DNA of 64,000 nt from an uncultured Acidobacteriota bacterium (GTDB lineage Bacteria > Acidobacteriota > Thermoanaerobaculia > Gp7-AA8). Under the pieces are notes generated by a model. The model was given only the letters and a program-made list of their open reading frames with translations. It ran no database searches and had not been told where the DNA came from. Location: contig CAWGHO010000003.1 of the NCBI GenBank assembly GCA_963822445.1, positions 480,001-544,000 on the forward strand. The letters are read 5' to 3'. Positions 61,801 to 64,000 of the stretch are shown in pieces (position 1 is the first letter of the stretch; the number at the start of each line of letters is the position of its first letter). The translations under genes and the position numbers were made by a program.

Positions 61801-62804
61801 TCAACATCGTCAACCTGACCGGCTCGCTCGCCGCGGGAACGCGCCCGACGGCGATCACCAATTCGACGATCAGCAACAACTACGAGTTCGAAGTGCAGAT
61901 CACCAACTCCACCGGCACGCTGCCTGACTTCCGGATCACCAACAGCACGATCTCGAGCAACGGCGCGACCGGCGTCCACGGCAACCTGGTGAACTTCCTC
62001 GCCACCGGCACGGCCAGCATGACCCTCAACGCGTCGGGCGGCAGCTATACCGGCAATGCCCCGGCGACGGCGACCGCCATTCAGGCCGACGCATCGGGCG
62101 GCACGGTCGTCGCCAACGTCTCCGGCGCGACGTTCACCACCAACAACGTCGGTGTCAGCGTCTCCGTGGCGCTGGGCGGTACCCTGACCTTCGACGTGAA
62201 CGGGAACACCCTCACCGGCACCCGCTCGCACGGTCTGAACTACTTCATCGCTGGGAACCACACCGGCACGTCGTCGGGCAAGTTCCGTAACAACGTCATC
62301 GGCACGTTCGGCGTGGCCGGCTCCGGCTCGGCGCTTGGCTTCCCGGTCCGCGTTCAGAACGAGGCCGTCAGCGCGGCGACGGTGCTGATCGACAACAACA
62401 CCATCTCCGAGTCCAGCTTCAACGCCATCAACGTCAACGTGGCCATCTCCACCTCGACGGGAACCGCGACGACCGCGGCCACGATCACCAACAACCTCAT
62501 CCGGAACGTGACCGCCAACCGCGCGATCATCGTGCAGCACACGTTCGGCAAGGGAACCATCTGCGCCGACATCGCCGGCAACTCCATGTCCGGAATCGCC
62601 GGCAGCGCGGGTGACGGTTCGAAGATCCGCATCCGCCAGCTGGCGGGCGGTACGTTCAACGTGAAGCAGAAGCAGGCCACCGTCGCGGTGGATCCGGCCG
62701 AGCTCGACGACGCCAACAGTGTTGGCCTCAACATCACCACTGCTGCGCAGGTCAGCACATCCGGGATCTTCAACTACAACGCCGGTGGCTGTCCGCAGCC
62801 CTGA
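55830..62804 (+). CDS. Giant secreted adhesin-like protein 2 (~2324 aa): N-terminal Gly-rich beta-helix-like region, ~9 Ig/cadherin-like repeats, C-terminal beta-helix
   Basis: GGGGAG SD and signal peptide MRSVSLRVFFVLLATFVTASAFA. Repeats VNDAPSFT.GG.V.V.EDSG.Y...WATAISAGP..E span ~57600-60190. Ends YNAGGCPQP. Confidence 0.9.
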   Translation: MRSVSLRVFFVLLATFVTASAFAHDVTLSGTTSFAAIDGSANDHDNAVNGVFTVNDGNLVVSGVVNCNDDSTESACAMAFAVSGNMTVTTAGALYAENRSGGGSGGAITLTVGGSLTMSGNAIVSTASRSSSGSGGGAITANVTGNVTIGNGSTIDSGSANAAGGNLTIASAGLVSIDGNVLSGPSRTILSTRLTGAALDGGTANQVGGQITIGSSTFVEPAIVIGGNANIISQGGGSGAGPVVIDGCGVQVRGLVAALSRNASAAKVAIRSGKDVLIDSRDLGVVGAPLGRNGRVRADAPTGTAINKGVDVFAAETIDIHGASGSLFSITSHPGVHDSKSYGGLIRITSLGDAITASGNVIDAGHSAAGDTGGTVEINAKATINLDSAVIRAIGDFNTNNPNRGGGSIRVRSYSGDVVWTNGTGEVRPVGSSSNLPLADQGTIVLTACGTVNTTGSTFPVMGTATSMFPETHTGVCSPAAPSLPTGVAPLVTCNTPPVANDSAASTNEDNSVTVTMTGTDADGDSLTFSVVSGPFNGSVGAVTFVNATTSTVVYTPNLNYNGVDSFVFQANDGNGGTDNGTATITIAPVNDAPVFLVGPTVTVLEDAGPQTYTNWATGISGGPADESGQVVTFTVTNDNPSLFSVQPAVSSNGTLTYTPAANAYGSANLTVTAQDNGGTANGGVDTSAPQNSSITVTPVNDEPSFVKGADQTVNEDAGPQSVAGWATAISAGPNEGAQTVTFNLSNTNNSLFSVQPAVSSNGTLTYTPAANANGSATVTIEAQDDGGTANGGDNTSPSQTFVITVNAVNDAPSFTSGGDVSVLEDSGAYSANWATAISAGPADESSQTVTFNTSNDNNSLFSVQPSISPTGVLTFTLASNAFGSANVSVTLSDNGGTANGGVDTSAAQTFSITVGNINDEPTFTAGGDVTVNEDSGAYSAAWASAISAGPNETDALTFVVTNDNNGLFSSQPSISASGVLSFTPAANAFGSAVVSVTLTDDGGTLNGGDDTSSTVTFTITVNSVNDAPSFTSGGNVSVGEDSGAYSAAWATAISAGPANESTQTVSFITSNNNNALFSVQPSVDSNGVLTFTPAANATGTATITIYAQDTGGTANGGVDVSASQTFTISVNGINDPPSFTPGADQTSNEDAGPQTVVGWATGISSGPGETDNVTFFTSNNNPSLFSSQPTVAPNGTLTYTAAPDANGTATVTIYAQDDGGTANGGNDTSATYTFTITIVAVNDPPSFTGGGNVSVLEDSGAYSATWATAISAGPADEAGQTLTFNVTNDNNSLFSVQPSISASGVLSFTVAANAFGSANVTVTLSDGLATTAPQSFTITVGAVNDAPSFVGGGDVTVNEDSGPYSASWASSISAGPNEGSQTVSFNTSNNNNSLFLVQPSISSTGVLSFTPALNAFGSATVTVTLSDNGGTANGGVNTSAPQTFTINVTATNDGPTANADSWQTIGNTELRVDLVAGLTPYVGDTTPSGNGVRDNDTDPEGDPTIVTGVVGCGDTTAPFDCTLGSGAKVSMLANGSFSYTPAPGTSSGTFQYTATDIPSAGSPVTTTGTVTITHFDMVWYVNGAALPGGNGTSSSPFNGFTSLNGIGDVDGPGHTIFVHTSAVAGSIALETSQKLWGQGVGLSLPYNLNGNGSPTVLVAPGIQPTVTSAADVVTVSGVIGTEIAGLNLASTGGNAVDVTAAPFGSPAGASIYSNTISGAGAEGIDVSGGHAMVSTVSINNNTITSTGNGIDVSSFGSTNIAISNTTITSTGGSGIRMDGTGSLTVSALQNITVSGNTAANGIEIADASFTAVATGAITVGASGNPVGGAGVVLTNSTGSLAFGTLTVHAATTGVTVSGTAAFNVTSGGGSINNASGAGLNISNATIGAANFNLTSITSAGGANGIVLNNTGTAGGLNVTGSGSAGTGGSITGKTGDGVSLTNTQRVGLAWMSISGSASSGIRGNGVNGFVVDNSTITGNGSSLANDDSGINIVNLTGSLAAGTRPTAITNSTISNNYEFEVQITNSTGTLPDFRITNSTISSNGATGVHGNLVNFLATGTASMTLNASGGSYTGNAPATATAIQADASGGTVVANVSGATFTTNNVGVSVSVALGGTLTFDVNGNTLTGTRSHGLNYFIAGNHTGTSSGKFRNNVIGTFGVAGSGSALGFPVRVQNEAVSAATVLIDNNTISESSFNAINVNVAISTSTGTATTAATITNNLIRNVTANRAIIVQHTFGKGTICADIAGNSMSGIAGSAGDGSKIRIRQLAGGTFNVKQKQATVAVDPAELDDANSVGLNITTAAQVSTSGIFNYNAGGCPQP

Positions 62805-62857
62805 CGTGAAGGAAACAGTTCGACTCTCCGAGTTCGATCAAAGGGAGAAAAAGTCTT

Positions 62858-63370
62858 ATGGAACCATTCATGGGCGAGATCAGGATCATGGGTTTCGGGT
62901 ACGCGCCGCAGGGCTGGGCGCTCTGTAACGGGCAGTTCCTGCCGATCAATCAGAACCAGGCCCTGTTTTCCCTTCTCGGCACGACGTTCGGCGGCAACGG
63001 GCAGACCACCTTCCAGTTGCCGGATTTCCGCGGCCGCATTCCGATGCACGCGGGCAACGGCCACGACCTCGGCGAACGGGCCGGTCAGGCCGCCCACACG
63101 TTGACCCTTTCCGAGATGCCGGCACATACGCATTTCCTGATGGCGTCGTCGACCCAGGGCGACTCCGTCAATCCGAGGTTCGGCGCCACGCCTCACATCC
63201 TGGCGAAGGATCCGGGGAACTGCTATTCCGACACCCTTACCAGTCTTCTGACGTTGGCTCCGGAAACGATCTCGAGCGTAGGGGGAAGCCAGGCCCACCG
63301 GAACGACCAGCCCTACCTGACGGTCAATTTCTGTATCGCGTTGCAGGGCCTCTTCCCGACGCAGAATTAG
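62858..63370 (+). CDS. Phage tail-collar domain protein, type A (second module)
   Basis: PINQNQALFSLLGTT, SSTQG..VNP.F and LAKDPGN.Y.DT are shared specifically with 54027-54542. Confidence 0.92.
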   Translation: MEPFMGEIRIMGFGYAPQGWALCNGQFLPINQNQALFSLLGTTFGGNGQTTFQLPDFRGRIPMHAGNGHDLGERAGQAAHTLTLSEMPAHTHFLMASSTQGDSVNPRFGATPHILAKDPGNCYSDTLTSLLTLAPETISSVGGSQAHRNDQPYLTVNFCIALQGLFPTQN

Positions 63371-63379
63371 GAGAATTCA

Positions 63380-63877
63380 ATGCCATATATCGGCGAAATT
63401 CGCATGTTCGCGGGCAACTTCCCTCCCTCAGGCTGGATGTTGTGCGAGGGGCAATTGATTCCGATCTCGGAGAACGATTCCCTCTTCGTGGTTCTCGGAA
63501 CGACCTACGGCGGGGATGGCGAGAGCACGTTCGCACTCCCCAATCTGAGCGGCCGCGTTCCCCTTCATCAGGGCAATGGCTTCGTTCTGGGCCAGGCAGA
63601 CGGCGTTGAGGCCGTGACGCTGACTACCCAACAGATCCCCGCTCACACCCATCCGCTGGTCGGAACGGAAACGAACGGCAACCAGGCCGCGCCCTCGAAC
63701 AACATCCTGGCCAACTCCACTCTCGTGACGCCGTACGCGCCAGAGACTCCGACCGCAGTGATGGCTCCCAATGCGATCAGTCCGATCGGCGGAAGCCAGC
63801 CGCACGAAAACCTGCAACCGTACTTGTGCATCAACTTCATCATTTCGCTCTTCGGCGTCTTCCCGTCGCCGACCTAG
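63380..63877 (+). CDS. Phage tail-collar domain protein, type B (second module)
   Basis: GEIRMFAGNF..PISEN, LANSTLVTPYAPETP and NFIISLFG are shared specifically with 54556-55071. Confidence 0.92.
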   Translation: MPYIGEIRMFAGNFPPSGWMLCEGQLIPISENDSLFVVLGTTYGGDGESTFALPNLSGRVPLHQGNGFVLGQADGVEAVTLTTQQIPAHTHPLVGTETNGNQAAPSNNILANSTLVTPYAPETPTAVMAPNAISPIGGSQPHENLQPYLCINFIISLFGVFPSPT

Positions 63878-63893
63878 GAAGCAGGAGAAATCA

Positions 63894-64000
63894 ATGGATC
63901 CATTTGTCGCAGAAATCCGCATGTTTCCCTTCACCTTCCCCCCGAAGGGCTGGGCGTTTTGCGAAGGCCAGCTTTTGCCGCTGAGCCAGAACACGGCGCT
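63894..64000 (+). CDS. Phage tail-collar domain protein, type C (3'-truncated by window edge)
   Basis: AGGAG SD; MDPFVAEIRMFPFTFPPKGWAFCEGQLLPLSQNTA matches the N-terminus of 55087-55614. Absent from the ORF track. Confidence 0.85.
   Translation, partial: MDPFVAEIRMFPFTFPPKGWAFCEGQLLPLSQNTA

Overview
GC-rich bacterial DNA; gene content and style suggest an Acidobacteriota (Thermoanaerobaculia-like) genome, which is inference. Left 15.7 kb: 5'-truncated STAND/NACHT-like ATPase with helical repeats, two convergent UbiA prenyltransferases, an orphan NrfD protein, a large membrane patatin/cPLA2-like lipase, RDD and TPR proteins, ridA and a secreted matrixin. 15.9-31.6 kb: a tightly coupled five-gene operon (trypsin-like protease, DUF6603-like protein, three large proteins of unknown function, no signal peptides), the best candidate for an undescribed system. 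31.7-37.6 kb: a decayed, codon-atypical islet (degenerate tRNA-Asp 3' half, TPR-CHAT protease, small partner, subtilase, gene remnants). Then a GAF-PAS-PAS-GGDEF-EAL gene and a DUF5666 lipoprotein. 41.8-64 kb: two tandem modules, each a giant Sec-secreted Ig/cadherin-repeat plus beta-helix protein ending in CPQP, followed by three distinct tail-collar genes in the same order. Indel clusters (19.46-20.81 kb, 46.08-47.1 kb) and single indels (~27733, ~39596) look like consensus errors and mis-split or fuse ORFs in the supplied track. All family calls come from motif recognition by eye, not database searches.
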